A DNA stretch of 64,000 nucleotides from an uncultured Spirochaetota bacterium (GCA_963827275.1 CAWHAA010000005.1:576001-640000); one strand, 5' to 3'. Counted from the stretch's first letter, positions 29,080-40,466 are shown. The notes: generated by a model from the sequence alone, not told the origin. Numbers and translations: made by a program.

Positions 29080-30846
29080 ATGACTGATAAAGCCCGGATC
29101 AACATCGACAACCTGATAGAGCTCGGCTCATTTGAAGTGACCGTGGCAGAAAAGGAGCAGCTCCGGGGCGAGCTTGCCGAATTCCTGGAATACGCCCGGG
29201 TGATAAACGGCGCGCCCCAGCACCTGCCCCCGGCCAGCCATGCTGTTGATAAAGAACAACTGCTGCGAGACGACACGTCCGAGCCCCGGGGCGACCGTGC
29301 GCCGCTCCTCGGCAACGCGCCCGCCCTCCAGGGAGAAAGCTACCTGGTGCCGCCCCTCGCGGGAAGCGCCGCCACCGGTGAGGAAAAAAGCGTACCGTCT
29401 TCAGGCGCGGGTTCCGGAGTGTACGAGGTCGTGATCGGGCTCGAGGTGCACGCCCAGCTCAATACAAAGAGCAAGCTCTTCTGCTCCTGTCCGGTCGGGT
29501 TCGGGAGCGCGCCGAACGCCAATACCTGCCCCGTCTGTTCGGGCCAGCCCGGCGCCCTCCCGGTGCTGAACCGCGAGGCGGTCACCATGGCGATCATGGC
29601 GGGCCTGTCAATGGGATGCACCATCAACCGGCGATCACTCTTCGCGCGGAAAAACTATTTCTATCCTGACCTGCCCAAGGGCTACCAGATATCCCAGTTC
29701 GAGGAGCCTATCTGCAGCGGCGGCACCGTGGCTATCGAGCTTGATGGAATGATAAAAAATGTCCGCCTCAACAGGATCCACATGGAGGAGGACGCGGGCA
29801 AGCTCGTCCACGTGGGCGCACCGGGCATCTGGGGCTCCAAGGCGAGCGCGGTCGATTACAACCGGTCAAGCGTGCCCCTGGTCGAGATCGTCACCGAGCC
29901 TGATATCGGGTCGCCCGCCGAAGCGCGCGAGTACATGGTGATGCTCCGCTCCATCCTGGTGTCCCTCGGCATCTGTGACGGCAACATGGAAGAGGGAAAT
30001 CTCCGGTGCGACGCGAACGTGTCCCTGCGCGAGCGCGGCGACGAGGCCCTCGGCGTGAAGGTGGAGATCAAGAACATGAACTCCCTCAAGGCGATCGAGC
30101 GCGCCCTGTCCTACGAGATCGCGCGGCTCGGGACGATGAAAAAGAACAATATCCCCATACGCCAGGAGACCCGGCTCTGGGACGAAAGCGGCCAGAAGAC
30201 CTATTCGATGCGGAGCAAGGAGGAGTCGCACGACTACCGCTACTTCCCCGACCCCGACCTCCTGCCGCTCATGGTTGACGACGACTGGATCGAGCGCGCG
30301 CGGAAAGCGCTGCCGCCCATGCCGCTTGAGCGGAAGGCCCGCTACCAGCGCGAATTTTCCTTCAGCGAGCCTGAAGCGCGCCTCTTCATGATCAACCCCG
30401 CGTACGCGGACTTCTTTGAAAAGGCGCTCGGGTCCTATGACAACCCGCGCAACCTGGCGAACTGGCTCTTTTCCGAGCTGCTCTCCCACGAGGGCGACTT
30501 CGACCGCCTGCATATCACACCCGGGGATTTCGCCGCCTTTTTAAAAAGGGTCGACAGCGGCGAGATCAGCGGCAGGCTCGGCAAGGACATACTGCGCAAG
30601 GCCTTTGCCGGCAAAAAGGGCCTGGTCGAAATAATTGACGAAGAAGGCCTGAAACAGGTCACGGACCGCGGCGCCATAGAAGCCGCGGTGGACGAGGTGA
30701 TACGGGCCAATCCAGGCCAGGCCGCCGAATACCGAAGCGGCAAGACCAGGGTGCTCGGCTGGTTCGTGGGAGAGGTCATGAAGGCCACGAAGGGCAAGGC
30801 CAGCCCGGGGGTGGTGAATGAGGTGCTGAAGGAAAAATTGAAGTAA
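29080..30846 (+). CDS. gatB: GatC::GatB fusion, Asp/Glu-tRNA amidotransferase
   Basis: N-terminal about 93 aa GatC-like (LRDD...LLGNAP...YLVPP), G/S linker, then VIGLEVHAQL, KNYFYPDLPKGYQISQ, EEDAGK, DYRYFPDPDL. Confidence 0.9.
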   Translation: MTDKARINIDNLIELGSFEVTVAEKEQLRGELAEFLEYARVINGAPQHLPPASHAVDKEQLLRDDTSEPRGDRAPLLGNAPALQGESYLVPPLAGSAATGEEKSVPSSGAGSGVYEVVIGLEVHAQLNTKSKLFCSCPVGFGSAPNANTCPVCSGQPGALPVLNREAVTMAIMAGLSMGCTINRRSLFARKNYFYPDLPKGYQISQFEEPICSGGTVAIELDGMIKNVRLNRIHMEEDAGKLVHVGAPGIWGSKASAVDYNRSSVPLVEIVTEPDIGSPAEAREYMVMLRSILVSLGICDGNMEEGNLRCDANVSLRERGDEALGVKVEIKNMNSLKAIERALSYEIARLGTMKKNNIPIRQETRLWDESGQKTYSMRSKEESHDYRYFPDPDLLPLMVDDDWIERARKALPPMPLERKARYQREFSFSEPEARLFMINPAYADFFEKALGSYDNPRNLANWLFSELLSHEGDFDRLHITPGDFAAFLKRVDSGEISGRLGKDILRKAFAGKKGLVEIIDEEGLKQVTDRGAIEAAVDEVIRANPGQAAEYRSGKTRVLGWFVGEVMKATKGKASPGVVNEVLKEKLK

Positions 30847-30852
30847 GTGAGA

Positions 30853-32331
30853 CTACTTGAAGCGCCAGAGGGTCATTTGTGGATGATCTTCAAAAAAACA
30901 TGTGTCCACCAGTAAAATCTTACCATGATAATCCAGTATCATGGAGGCTCCAGCTATTGAATTATGAGTCATCTCATATGGAAGATACCCACCAAGCCCA
31001 AAAGAATAATCCAACATGCCATTTTCATAATAACGCCAAATGACAAAACCCTTGTTATAATAGCCTGATACTAGTAATCTATTCTTTGAATCTGAAACAA
31101 TTGTCATGCCCTTCTGAAATTCATAATAATCTTCAGAAATTCTATAACTTCTTACCATTCCGTTTAGTTCCAAAATTCTCATCAAGCTCACCATTTTCAT
31201 CAAAACACCAAACCGCCATCGTTAACAAAGATGTCATTTCGTTTTGACTAGTACCACTAACCAATATTCTATCCTGTGAGTCAATTATTACGCTCATTCC
31301 ATAATCGAGACAACTTGATTGAGCATTAAAAGAAGCATCATCTCCAACAAAAAGGCCACCAACACAAAAATTCAAATCTGGTGTACCATTTTCATGATAC
31401 CTCCATAACGACATACATTTATAACAAATTGGATAATCAAGAAACTCATCATCTTCATATGCAACACTACCACAGGCTACAATTTTATCTTCTTCATCAA
31501 TAATAAAATCATTACATAATGTTTGAATAGCTGGAGCCCGTTCACCTTCAGAAGCATCACTAATTATAACACCTGTCGAATTAAATCCTTCATCTAATAT
31601 TCCATCACAGTTATATCGCCATAGTGCCATATATATTTTAGTATCAGGTGATAACTATCCCTCCACATACAACAATTCTTCCTCTACTATCAATTTTTAT
31701 TTTTTTGCCAATAGTATCTCCACCAAAAGCCGGGTTGTACTCATGAGCGTCAAAAACCGCAAATATAGTAAGCTTGTTAATCTTGGCACGTTCATCATAT
31801 TTCCAGATGATCATATTATAATGACCAGATTTTTCAACAAAACCAGTAATGTAAATTATCCCACTTGAATCTATTGTCATTCCACTCGCCGAACTTAAAC
31901 TATATAACTCTCCTTTCACATCTGCAGTAGAACCTGTGATATAGCCATTCGTACCGAATCCCAAATCCGGTGATCCATCGGGATTAAAACGCCAGAGAGC
32001 CATATCAGACACTGTATCTTTTAAAATTTGACCCGCAACATATATTCTCCCAAACATGTCGACTACAACAGACATACCCGCTGAATCAGCATCCTGATCT
32101 CCTGGAATATGACCAGATGCAACACCATAATTGCCGAAGCTTATCATCAAGAACACCTGTTGCGTAATAGGGCTCGATAAATGCAGGAAGCGGAATACTT
32201 TTCAAAGGATCCATTGAATCAGTATAAAGATTTCCACAATGAAGTGACAGGATTGAGACGAAGAAAGCGAAGGTAATGAGTATTGCAAAGGATTTATTCT
32301 GCATTCTCACCACAAACTTGAACCAGGGCAC
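30853..32331 (-). pseudogene. Delta-60-type beta-propeller repeat protein (probable lipoprotein), split in four frames
   Basis: Recurrent MALWRY-xxG-LD-xFG and D-xGRI-V-G repeats across ORFs 32086-32331, 31644-32156, 31142-31630, 30853-31203; each junction a +1 shift, possibly sequencing error. Confidence 0.7.
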
Positions 32332-32447
32332 AACAATCCCCCGAACTGAAAATATTTTTGTTTAATTTTTAATAATGAATAGGATGTAATAATATTTTTA
32401 AAAAAATATAATGAATATTTATAATATGATTTAAATAGTTACTATTC

Positions 32448-32487
32448 AAATACAAAGGGGCACATATAAATGCGCCCCTTTGTATTT
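32448..32487. terminator. Intrinsic terminator hairpin
   Basis: AAATACAAAGGGGC / GCCCCTTTGTATTT inverted repeat downstream of the 32508 gene. Confidence 0.8.
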
Positions 32488-32507
32488 TTGTTTGCTAAAC
32501 TCTACCA

Positions 32508-34460
32508 TTATGGCATATATGTTCCAGGCAGCGTAATTTCCGTGCTGCCATTCTGCTTGATTTTATATGTTCCACCGCTCGCTTCTCCACCGGTTATGAT
32601 AAGGTCAAAAATAATATACCCATTGTAAAGTCCAGTCACATTTAACTGACCCTTTATAGTGCCATCTATATTATTATAATCTGATAGAACAGTTGTCTGA
32701 TCGCCATCAAGCGTTAGATAAATGTCTGAATAATTTGTAAAGGTCATGACCGCTTTCGCAGATAATATCGTAACATCATATAAACAGTTACCATTCCCAT
32801 CTTTGTCATAAACCTTTTTATCAGAGGTTCCCAGCTCTCCCAGCTTTTCAAACGCACTTTCTAGTTCATTGTACGCCTCGCTAAAGAACTCCTCGTTTGT
32901 AATTGCTCTGTACCCGGCATCAGGATCGCTGCTGCCACCTTCCCCGTTGGCATTGAAAGGCGCTACTTTATACGAAAAAATGCCCGGTGCAACTGCTGTA
33001 TCGGTATAGGTCGTATCTGCTATATTACCGCCCACCTGAACCTGGCCACTGCTGCTGATGCGGTACACCTTGTAATAAGTCGCGCTGGTTGCTGCTGCCC
33101 ATGTCACGGTCACGCCACCAGTTATACCATCCGAAGCTGAACAACTGGGAACCTTTGACGGGACACTGTCATTCGACTTGGTAAAGCCTTCTTCAACTGG
33201 ACTTTCGGTACTTTCGTTACCTTCTTCGTCAACGGCAGTGACTATATAGTAATAGTGGGAGCCCTGCGCGACATCTGAATCAACATAGTAATATAGCACA
33301 GTAGAACTCTCGCTTGTCCTGAATTTCCATGAATAATTAGCAGCGAGGTGGTTACCTGCCAGGTCCGTCACCGCCGTGGTTATAGTCGCGGTGTATTCCT
33401 TCCCTGCCATCAATTCGCTTGACGGGGTAAACACTCCGGTGTTGGATATCGTGCCTGCAACGCTGGCCCCATCCACGGTCAACTTGAAGCTCGACGAAGT
33501 CATGGTAGCAGGATTAATCGCCTCGCTAAAGGCAACTGATACTTTCGCATTAAGGGCGATATCAGTCGCACCGCTTGCGGGACTTACCTGTGACACAGTG
33601 GGAGCAGTTGTGTCGCTACAGGCGATCTGGACTGGCTGGACATTGATTTCAGTTGACCAGTCAGAGTTGAAATCAAGAAAATCTAGTGGAACCCAGAGGA
33701 AACGAACAATTTCATAAAAATTTATCATACGAATTGACTTACTGCTGACAATCTTAATATACCTTTTACCGTCAACTGTAACAGGATAGCAGGTACCATC
33801 ATTACCCAGATATTTATTAAATTCAGCGACTATCTTATCCTGGGTCCAATTGGTACCCAATGGGAACGCACCAACAAAATCAATCGTTCCTCTAAAATTC
33901 CCTCCAATAAATAGATCAATTGTATAGTGCTCAACAGTAGGATGGATGCCCCATGGAAGATATATACCATAGCCTATGTCCCGTTTGGACTGATACGTTG
34001 CTTGCATTACCGGGTTTTCACAGGTCCCACCGGTGGGGGGTGTTGTTACAACATCAGGTATTACTCCGGGATCAGTGGTGACCACGCTGGAATCGGAGTT
34101 AGAAAGATCAGATGCATAGATTGTAGCAATCTGGTCGGTGAATGGCCCGGCAACATTACTTGATCGGTATATTCGGTAGCTCTCAGCGTTGGAAATTGTG
34201 GCCCAGTTGATGCCAACCTTGTCGGTATATGTTCCATCTGTCGCCATAACAGCGGTAGGACCAAAGTAAGGTTCGATCGGATCTTCTGGTGTCTGACCAC
34301 AAAAATCCCCTATACATTCAACACCGCCAGAGCTAAAGGCAACCCCCGCCACGCCAAGAAGTGAGGCGATTGGGTTAGTCTTTTTCCCATCAGAATTACA
34401 TCCCGGCAGAAGCATCAGGGAGATGGCCGACAGCACTATTACCAGTGTGAGCTTTTTCAT
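32508..34460 (-). CDS. Surface lipoprotein with Ig-like (Big_5/SbsA) and fibronectin-III-like domains
   Basis: Lipobox LPGC; DTTAPTV-SP-GAT-FSE-YSWKFRT Ig-like; W-x5-YRIYRS and YKVAPFN FN3-like. Confidence 0.8.
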   Translation of the reverse strand: MKKLTLVIVLSAISLMLLPGCNSDGKKTNPIASLLGVAGVAFSSGGVECIGDFCGQTPEDPIEPYFGPTAVMATDGTYTDKVGINWATISNAESYRIYRSSNVAGPFTDQIATIYASDLSNSDSSVVTTDPGVIPDVVTTPPTGGTCENPVMQATYQSKRDIGYGIYLPWGIHPTVEHYTIDLFIGGNFRGTIDFVGAFPLGTNWTQDKIVAEFNKYLGNDGTCYPVTVDGKRYIKIVSSKSIRMINFYEIVRFLWVPLDFLDFNSDWSTEINVQPVQIACSDTTAPTVSQVSPASGATDIALNAKVSVAFSEAINPATMTSSSFKLTVDGASVAGTISNTGVFTPSSELMAGKEYTATITTAVTDLAGNHLAANYSWKFRTSESSTVLYYYVDSDVAQGSHYYYIVTAVDEEGNESTESPVEEGFTKSNDSVPSKVPSCSASDGITGGVTVTWAAATSATYYKVYRISSSGQVQVGGNIADTTYTDTAVAPGIFSYKVAPFNANGEGGSSDPDAGYRAITNEEFFSEAYNELESAFEKLGELGTSDKKVYDKDGNGNCLYDVTILSAKAVMTFTNYSDIYLTLDGDQTTVLSDYNNIDGTIKGQLNVTGLYNGYIIFDLIITGGEASGGTYKIKQNGSTEITLPGTYMP

Positions 34461-34799
34461 TGATCCACCTCAATAAATGATAAAAAACTTTCTCCCATAT
34501 CCCGTGAGCCAGAACATATGTTTTTTAAAGAATTGCGATACTATCATATAGTTATATTAATTGAATATTAATATCTGGCAATTATATGACATATCAAAAA
34601 ATGGCTGATTAATTTCCGCTATTTTTTGAACATTCATATCAATAATGTCTACAAAAAAGGACGAAATATGCTTTTTACAGAAAGTTTTTCAATCCGAATG
34701 GGATGTTTTTTTGCTGATATTTAGGTTGATTGTAATCGTGGCACATTGTTTGTCAATGAAATACCGGAGGACCGGACGGTAATTAATCGGACAGATTGA

Positions 34800-35516
34800 T
34801 CATTTCCGGCAGATATGGAGTGCCGCCACCCCGCCAAGGAGCGCGCGGTACTCAACGCTGCTGAACCCCGCCGTTTTCAGAAGGGCCGCGAGCTCATCAG
34901 GTGCGTAAAAATTCACCGCTGAATGCGCCAGGTAGCGGTACGCGCCGCGCTGGCCCGATATCAACCCGCCCACGAACGAGACCGCGACCTTCATGTACAG
35001 GTGGACCAGCGCCCTGAACAGGCGCGCGCGCGGCTGGCTCGATTCCACGATGACGAACGTACCGCCCGGAGCGAGCACCCTGAGGACCTCGGACAGGTAC
35101 CGGTCGCGGCCCGGGTTGCGGTAGGTGAGGTTGCGGAACGCGAAGGCGATGCCGATCACCCCGAACGAGCCGTCCCGGTAGGGGAGCTCCGCCGCGTCGC
35201 ACGCGGCGAACCGGACCGCGGCCCCCGCCCGCCCCGCCTTGCGGCGCGCCTCCTCAAGCATGGGAAGGCTGAAGTCCGCGCCGAATATGTCGCTGTGCGC
35301 GCCCGCGCCCGCGGCAAGCCTGACCGCGAGGTCGCCGGTGCCGGTGCAGAGGTCCAGCACGCGCGCCGCGCCGCGCCCCAGGCATTCCGCCGCCGCAGCG
35401 GCGCGCCACCGCTCGTCAAGCCCCCAGGTGAAGAGCCGGTTGATGAGGTCGTATCGCCGCGGCACGCCGGAGAACATCTTCTGCAGCGGCCGGGCCTTTG
35501 TAGTTTCTGGTGACAT
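34800..35516 (-). CDS. ubiE: Ubiquinone/menaquinone C-methyltransferase (UbiE/MenG)
   Basis: MFS-V-RYDLIN, LDLCTGTGD, DFS-PML, AFRN, AYRYL. Confidence 0.88.
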   Translation of the reverse strand: MSPETTKARPLQKMFSGVPRRYDLINRLFTWGLDERWRAAAAAECLGRGAARVLDLCTGTGDLAVRLAAGAGAHSDIFGADFSLPMLEEARRKAGRAGAAVRFAACDAAELPYRDGSFGVIGIAFAFRNLTYRNPGRDRYLSEVLRVLAPGGTFVIVESSQPRARLFRALVHLYMKVAVSFVGGLISGQRGAYRYLAHSAVNFYAPDELAALLKTAGFSSVEYRALLGGVAALHICRK

Positions 35517-35539
35517 CCTCGTTACCTGTTTGATCCGGA

Positions 35540-36022
35540 TTACAGCTGGAATATCTGCCGGTAAGGGTCGATATTGTCGCTCTTCAGGTGGAGCCACTCC
35601 GGAACGTCAAGCTCATGCCCGGGCAGCGGCTCGATGCGGAACATGCCGCTCTCGTGTATCGAGAGCCTTTTCGGCTCTGTCTGGAAGGTGACGTACGGGG
35701 CGCCCTCTCCATGCTGCTTTTTCACCGACGGCATCTCCTCGTAGCGGATGACATATTTGAGCTGGTGCCGCGAGCTCCTTCCCATGCCGCGCTGGGAAAG
35801 GAGGATGCGCTTGTTCGTCACCCGGACGAACACATGCTCGAGCGTTTCCACCCCTGACTGGAGCTGCGCCTCGATGGTGCAGTTATCGTCGTCGAAGAGC
35901 AGGCGCTCTCCGTAATGCAGCCGGAGGTCTTCCATGCTCGGTTTTCTGAATATCCGTAAAAGGATAAGCGCGGCAACGATGAAAAGCGCCGCCGCCATCA
36001 CCACTACTGTTACCAGGTCCAT
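35540..36022 (-). CDS. Hypothetical protein with N-terminal TM anchor
   Basis: SD GGAGG before MDLVTVVV; hydrophobic N-terminus. Confidence 0.6.
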   Translation of the reverse strand: MDLVTVVVMAAALFIVAALILLRIFRKPSMEDLRLHYGERLLFDDDNCTIEAQLQSGVETLEHVFVRVTNKRILLSQRGMGRSSRHQLKYVIRYEEMPSVKKQHGEGAPYVTFQTEPKRLSIHESGMFRIEPLPGHELDVPEWLHLKSDNIDPYRQIFQL

Positions 36023-36265
36023 AGTGCCAGTCCTCCCGATGTCCGATGTATACCGGCAGGCCGCTCGTGCCGCCGGTACAATGCGCATGATGCCTGATGG
36101 CCGAAGAAAGAGTCTATGCCGTGAACGCAATCAAAGCGTAAACAAACAAGAATATTTTGTCAAGAAAATATGCCTGCCCCGGGCCGGTCAATCGCCGCCG
36201 GCGGCAAAAAAATCCTTGTCCTTACGCCGCGCGGGGCCGTACAGTGGCCCGGGTATGTATCTATT

Positions 36266-37540
36266 ATGAAAATAAAAATATCATCCCTGGGGTGCCGTCT
36301 CAACCAGTCCGAAATCCAGTCGGTCGCCACCGTCCTGCTGGACATGGGCCACGTGATGACCCGGGATGACGACGCCGACCTGTACATCATAAACTCCTGC
36401 GCGGTCACCCTCCGGAGCGAGGGGAAGACCAGGCGCCTGGCGCACCGCGCCGCGGAAGCCGCCGCTGCAAGGCCGGGCGCGCGGGTCATCGTTACCGGGT
36501 GCATCGCGGACCGGCCGTCGATGGAGGGAAACATCTGCTATCTCCCCAATGACTACAAGTTCATGATACCGGACCTTGTCGCCGACTGGGGGATCTTCGA
36601 ACGTCTCGAGCCCCCGCCCGACGCGCGGTTCAGGTTCGCGCCGCCGCTCCGGTCGTCCACCAGCCGCGTAAACCTTAAGATACAGGACGGGTGCGACAAC
36701 TTCTGCTCCTACTGCATCGTCCCGCTGGTGCGGGGCGGCCCGGTGAGCAAGCCCCCGTCGCAGGTGCTCGATGAGTTCAGGCTGCTCCTCGATGCCGGGT
36801 ACCGGGAGATCATCCTCACCGGGGTGATGATCGGCAGGTATGAGAGCGGCGGCGACCGCCTGGAAGACCTTGTCGAACGGGTCCTTGAGACCGGCGGCAG
36901 GTTCCGCGTCCATCTCACCTCCATCTCCCCGGTCTATGTCACGCCCCGCCTCATCGCGCTCATGGGGCACGGGAACATGGTGAAGCACCTGCACCTTTCG
37001 CTCCAGAGCGGGAGCGACCGGGTGCTCCGGAGCATGAACCGCCCGTACACGCGGGAAGAGTACCGCGCGCTGACGGAGCGCATCAGGGAAAAGATCCCGG
37101 ACTTCAACTTCACCACGGACGTGATCGTCGGCTTCCCCGGGGAGACCGGGGAGGATTTCGCCGACACCCTTGACCTGGTGGACGCCGTGGGATTCTCCCA
37201 CGTGCACACCTTCCGCTACTCGCCCCGGCCCGGCACCGCCGCGGCCGCGCTGCCCGACTCCGTCCCTGAAAAGGTCAAATCCGAACGGAGCCGTGCGGTG
37301 ATCGAGCTGAACGCACGGCAGAAGACCGCGTACTACGCGCGCTTCAACGGCAGGGAGACGCTGTTCCTGAGCGAACGCTGCCGCGGCGGGGTCACGACCG
37401 GCTTCAATGAATATTATGCGCCGGTGGAAATAGCGGGAACACTGCCGCGCAACAGGTTTATCACGGTGATCACGAAGCTTGGGCCGGGAAAGAGCGTACT
37501 CGAGGGGACCCCCCGCGGCGGAACGGACGGCGTGTCATAG
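36266..37540 (+). CDS. mtaB: tRNA t6A methylthiotransferase MtaB (radical SAM)
   Basis: LGCRLNQSE, INSCAVT, KIQDGCDNFCSYC, HLSLQSG, DVIVGFPGE. Confidence 0.88.
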   Translation: MKIKISSLGCRLNQSEIQSVATVLLDMGHVMTRDDDADLYIINSCAVTLRSEGKTRRLAHRAAEAAAARPGARVIVTGCIADRPSMEGNICYLPNDYKFMIPDLVADWGIFERLEPPPDARFRFAPPLRSSTSRVNLKIQDGCDNFCSYCIVPLVRGGPVSKPPSQVLDEFRLLLDAGYREIILTGVMIGRYESGGDRLEDLVERVLETGGRFRVHLTSISPVYVTPRLIALMGHGNMVKHLHLSLQSGSDRVLRSMNRPYTREEYRALTERIREKIPDFNFTTDVIVGFPGETGEDFADTLDLVDAVGFSHVHTFRYSPRPGTAAAALPDSVPEKVKSERSRAVIELNARQKTAYYARFNGRETLFLSERCRGGVTTGFNEYYAPVEIAGTLPRNRFITVITKLGPGKSVLEGTPRGGTDGVS

Positions 37541-37575
37541 GCGGTCTGCCGCGCACGGCGCGGCCCCATCGCGCC

Positions 37576-39604
37576 TCAGACGCGTATGGGGAGGATGACG
37601 ATCGGGATGCCCCGGTGGTAAAAACGCCGTTGAATGGCAAAGGCGGAATAGTTGTGCAGCCAGCGGGTGAAGAAGGTGTCCTCGGGGAACACGAGCTGGC
37701 CGGCGAAAAATATCGCGTTCGGAAACCGCTCAAGTATGCCGGGCGCCACGCGCACCGTTTCGTCGATGACATCAACGGCTATGGAGGTAATGCTCTCCGC
37801 GTAATATCCGTGCGCCCGCATGTATGAAACGTATTTGTCGCTCTCTTTCTGTATATGGGCCTTCAGGCTTTCCAGTTCCTCCACGCCCTTGAATACGCCC
37901 GAATCAACCATCCCTATCTGCACGAACACGAAATTCTTGTACATGCCCTGGAAAAGCCTGATGATATTGAAAAGCGTGTGGAGCCCGGTGCCGGAAAACC
38001 CGTTCACGAAGAGCACGGCCGTCTTCTCTTTGGGGTTGCACTGCGGTTCCGCAGCACGTCGCTCTCCCGCGCTCACCTTCCGGTCGATGTTGTCCATTTC
38101 ACTGTCAGCGACCTCCACGAGGCCGTTCAGCCTTCCGAGGAGACGGCGCGTCTTCCCGTAGTGGCGGCGGATGACGACCGCGAGGGCGATCAGGGACCCG
38201 GTGATGAATATGGTGATCCAGCCGCCCTCGTCGAATTTCAGCACCGCCACCGAGATGAGGATGAACAGGGTCAGCACCAGGCCGATGCCGTTGACGAAAA
38301 GCTTTTTCTTCCAGTGGCCCTCCTTTTTCCGCGACAGCCACCAGTGGCGGACCATCCCGAGCTGCGAGAGGGAGAAGGTGATGAAGACGTTTATGCTGTA
38401 CAGGATCACCAGGAACTTCACGGAGCCGCCGGAATATATCATGAGTATGATGGCCCCGATCCCCATGATGAGGATGCCGTTATGGGTCACCAGCCTGTCG
38501 TTCAGCGAGGCGAACCTCGTGGGCGCCCACCGGTCCAGGGCCATGTTCGAGAGCACGCCCGGCCCGCCGAGGAAGCCGGTCTGCGCCGCCACGAACAGGA
38601 GGACCGCCTCGGAAACAAGCGTCACCAGGACAAAGACCGTCCCCGCCGCGCCCCATCCGCTCGTCATCGATTCGAACAGCACCGCGTTCAGAGTCTTGCC
38701 GGGGACATGCCGTCACGCCGAGGAGGAGGTAGGCGACCATGAGCCCTGCCACGATCAACGCAAGCGAGGTGGCCATGTAGTTCATGGTGCGCTTCGCGGT
38801 CAGCACCTTCGGATCGCGCAGGATCGGCATCCCGTTGGACACGGCCTCAATTCCGGTGAAGGTCCCCGCCCCCATGCTGTAGGCGCGCAGTACCAGGAAT
38901 ATCATGCCGAGAGTCCCCAGCTCCGCGCTGGTGGCGCGGATGTCCTGGCCGGTCGTCCTGACAAGCTCTGGTATATTCATCGCGTTGGCCGACGTGGCAT
39001 AGATTATGGCGAACGCGTGGGTGACGATGAACAGTATGAAGATCGGCACCAGCGGGAGCACCGACTCCTTGACGCCCCGCAGGTTAAGGACGATGAGCAG
39101 GCACACGCCCGCCACCGCCACGGGAAGCTTGAACTGCAGCATCGGTTCCGGGAGAAAGCTGAACAGCGCATCGGCGCCGCTTGCCACCGAAAGCGTGATC
39201 GTCAGGAGGTAGTCGATGAGGAGGGCGCACCCGGAAATCATGCCGACCGGCGGCGAGATGAGCTTGCTCGCCACCAGGTATCCGCCGCCGCCCGTCGGGA
39301 AGAGCTCCACAATCTGGCGGTAGCTCGCGGTGATGACAAAGATCGTGACCACGGTGCCCAGCGCGACAAAAACACTCAGGCTCGAGTGCTTGCCGAGCGC
39401 AAGGAAGGCCTCCTCCGGACCGTAGCAGGATGATGAAAGCCCGTCGGCCCCGAGCCCCACCCAGGCGAAGAAAGCGACGAGAGAAAGCTTGTGAAATATC
39501 CCCGGATCGGAGATACTCCGCGCATTCCCCATCACCAGGTTTTTAAACCGCTTGAACACCGACATTCTCTTTTGACCGTCAATCACTTGAATTCTCCATC
39601 GCAA
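37576..39604 (-). CDS. APC-superfamily KimA/YdaO-like transporter, frameshifted near 38710
   Basis: DGLSSSCYGPEE, GGGGYLVA, LLIDYLLT, TGIEAVSNG; removing one base restores VTHVPGKTLNAVLFE across the two ORFs; start uncertain. Confidence 0.8.
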
Positions 39605-39824
39605 TCCACATGACTTTAAAGACCATTATCAGTGCCGGTATTCCACGCATACGCCAGAAAATGATAGCGCCTTTTTGTGTATATTTAAAATGAAAGCAAA
39701 TTATAGATGTGAAATCTTTTTGTCAATCATTTCGATGAAAGAGGCATAGCACATGCCGAGGTAATAGATAATGAATATTTATATAAACTTTATATATTTT
39801 AATTATAATAAATGAACGGCAAGG

Positions 39825-39882
39825 GGGGTCAGAGTAACCGATAACTATCTATAAATCCGGGGTCAATCAGGGGTCAGAGCAA
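39825..39882 (+). repeat. Motif A directly abutting motif B, plus a second motif A
   Basis: GGGGTCAGAGTAA-CCGATAACTATC 39825-39849; GGGGTCAGAGCAA 39870-39882. Confidence 0.88.
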
Positions 39883-40016
39883 ACTTTTCATATAAATTTA
39901 ATCCAGGACAAAGAGAAACAGATCGAACAGATGCCGGAGCGTTTTCACTCGGTCCATTGAACCGGGCTTGATGAATTTCAAAATCGTCCCCCGCCGGGAA
40001 GGCGGGGGTGTAATAG

Positions 40017-40466
40017 TTACTTTTTGCCGCACCAGTTGTGAAATTTTTCCATCTTCTCCGCGACCTTTATCCTCTGTTCAGGCGTGAGCAGGGCATGGAA
40101 TTCAACAATTTTATCCACGAAAAAAGGCTTCAGGGCCTTGAATTTTTCCTCGCGCCCGGACAAAAACCTGCCCACCGTGTTCCTGTCAAGCGTAGCGCTC
40201 GTCACGAGGGCTTTCACCTGGCCGTGTACCGCTTCCCGTTCGTCCCTGATAGATTTTGTCTTTGCCAGGATCTCGTCCTTGATGCGGTTCACCTTTTCAA
40301 CCTGTTCTTTGGTCAGGTCGAGGTCCGAAGTCATCTTTTTAACAATCATTGCCGCTCGGTCCTCCGGAGTTGCGCAGAAAAACCGCCTGGGTCCGCAGCC
40401 CGCCAGCACGATTCCTGAAATCACCAGGAAGAGAAGGGCCGTGAATGCTATACTCCTTTTTGACAT
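40017..40466 (-). CDS. Spy/CpxP-family (LTxxQ) lipoprotein
   Basis: LAGC lipobox, LDLTKEQ and LTPEQR motifs. Confidence 0.85.
   Translation of the reverse strand: MSKRSIAFTALLFLVISGIVLAGCGPRRFFCATPEDRAAMIVKKMTSDLDLTKEQVEKVNRIKDEILAKTKSIRDEREAVHGQVKALVTSATLDRNTVGRFLSGREEKFKALKPFFVDKIVEFHALLTPEQRIKVAEKMEKFHNWCGKK

Noticed and set aside
31650..31659. Partial motif B (GATAACTATC)
   Set aside because: Only 10 nt in AT-rich coding DNA with no motif A nearby; could be chance.
39605..39820. c-di-AMP (ydaO) riboswitch upstream of the KimA-like transporter
   Set aside because: The leader is short and AT-rich and lacks the recognisable conserved blocks; only a TTGACA-N15-TATAAT promoter-like element is seen. 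A cmscan would be decisive.
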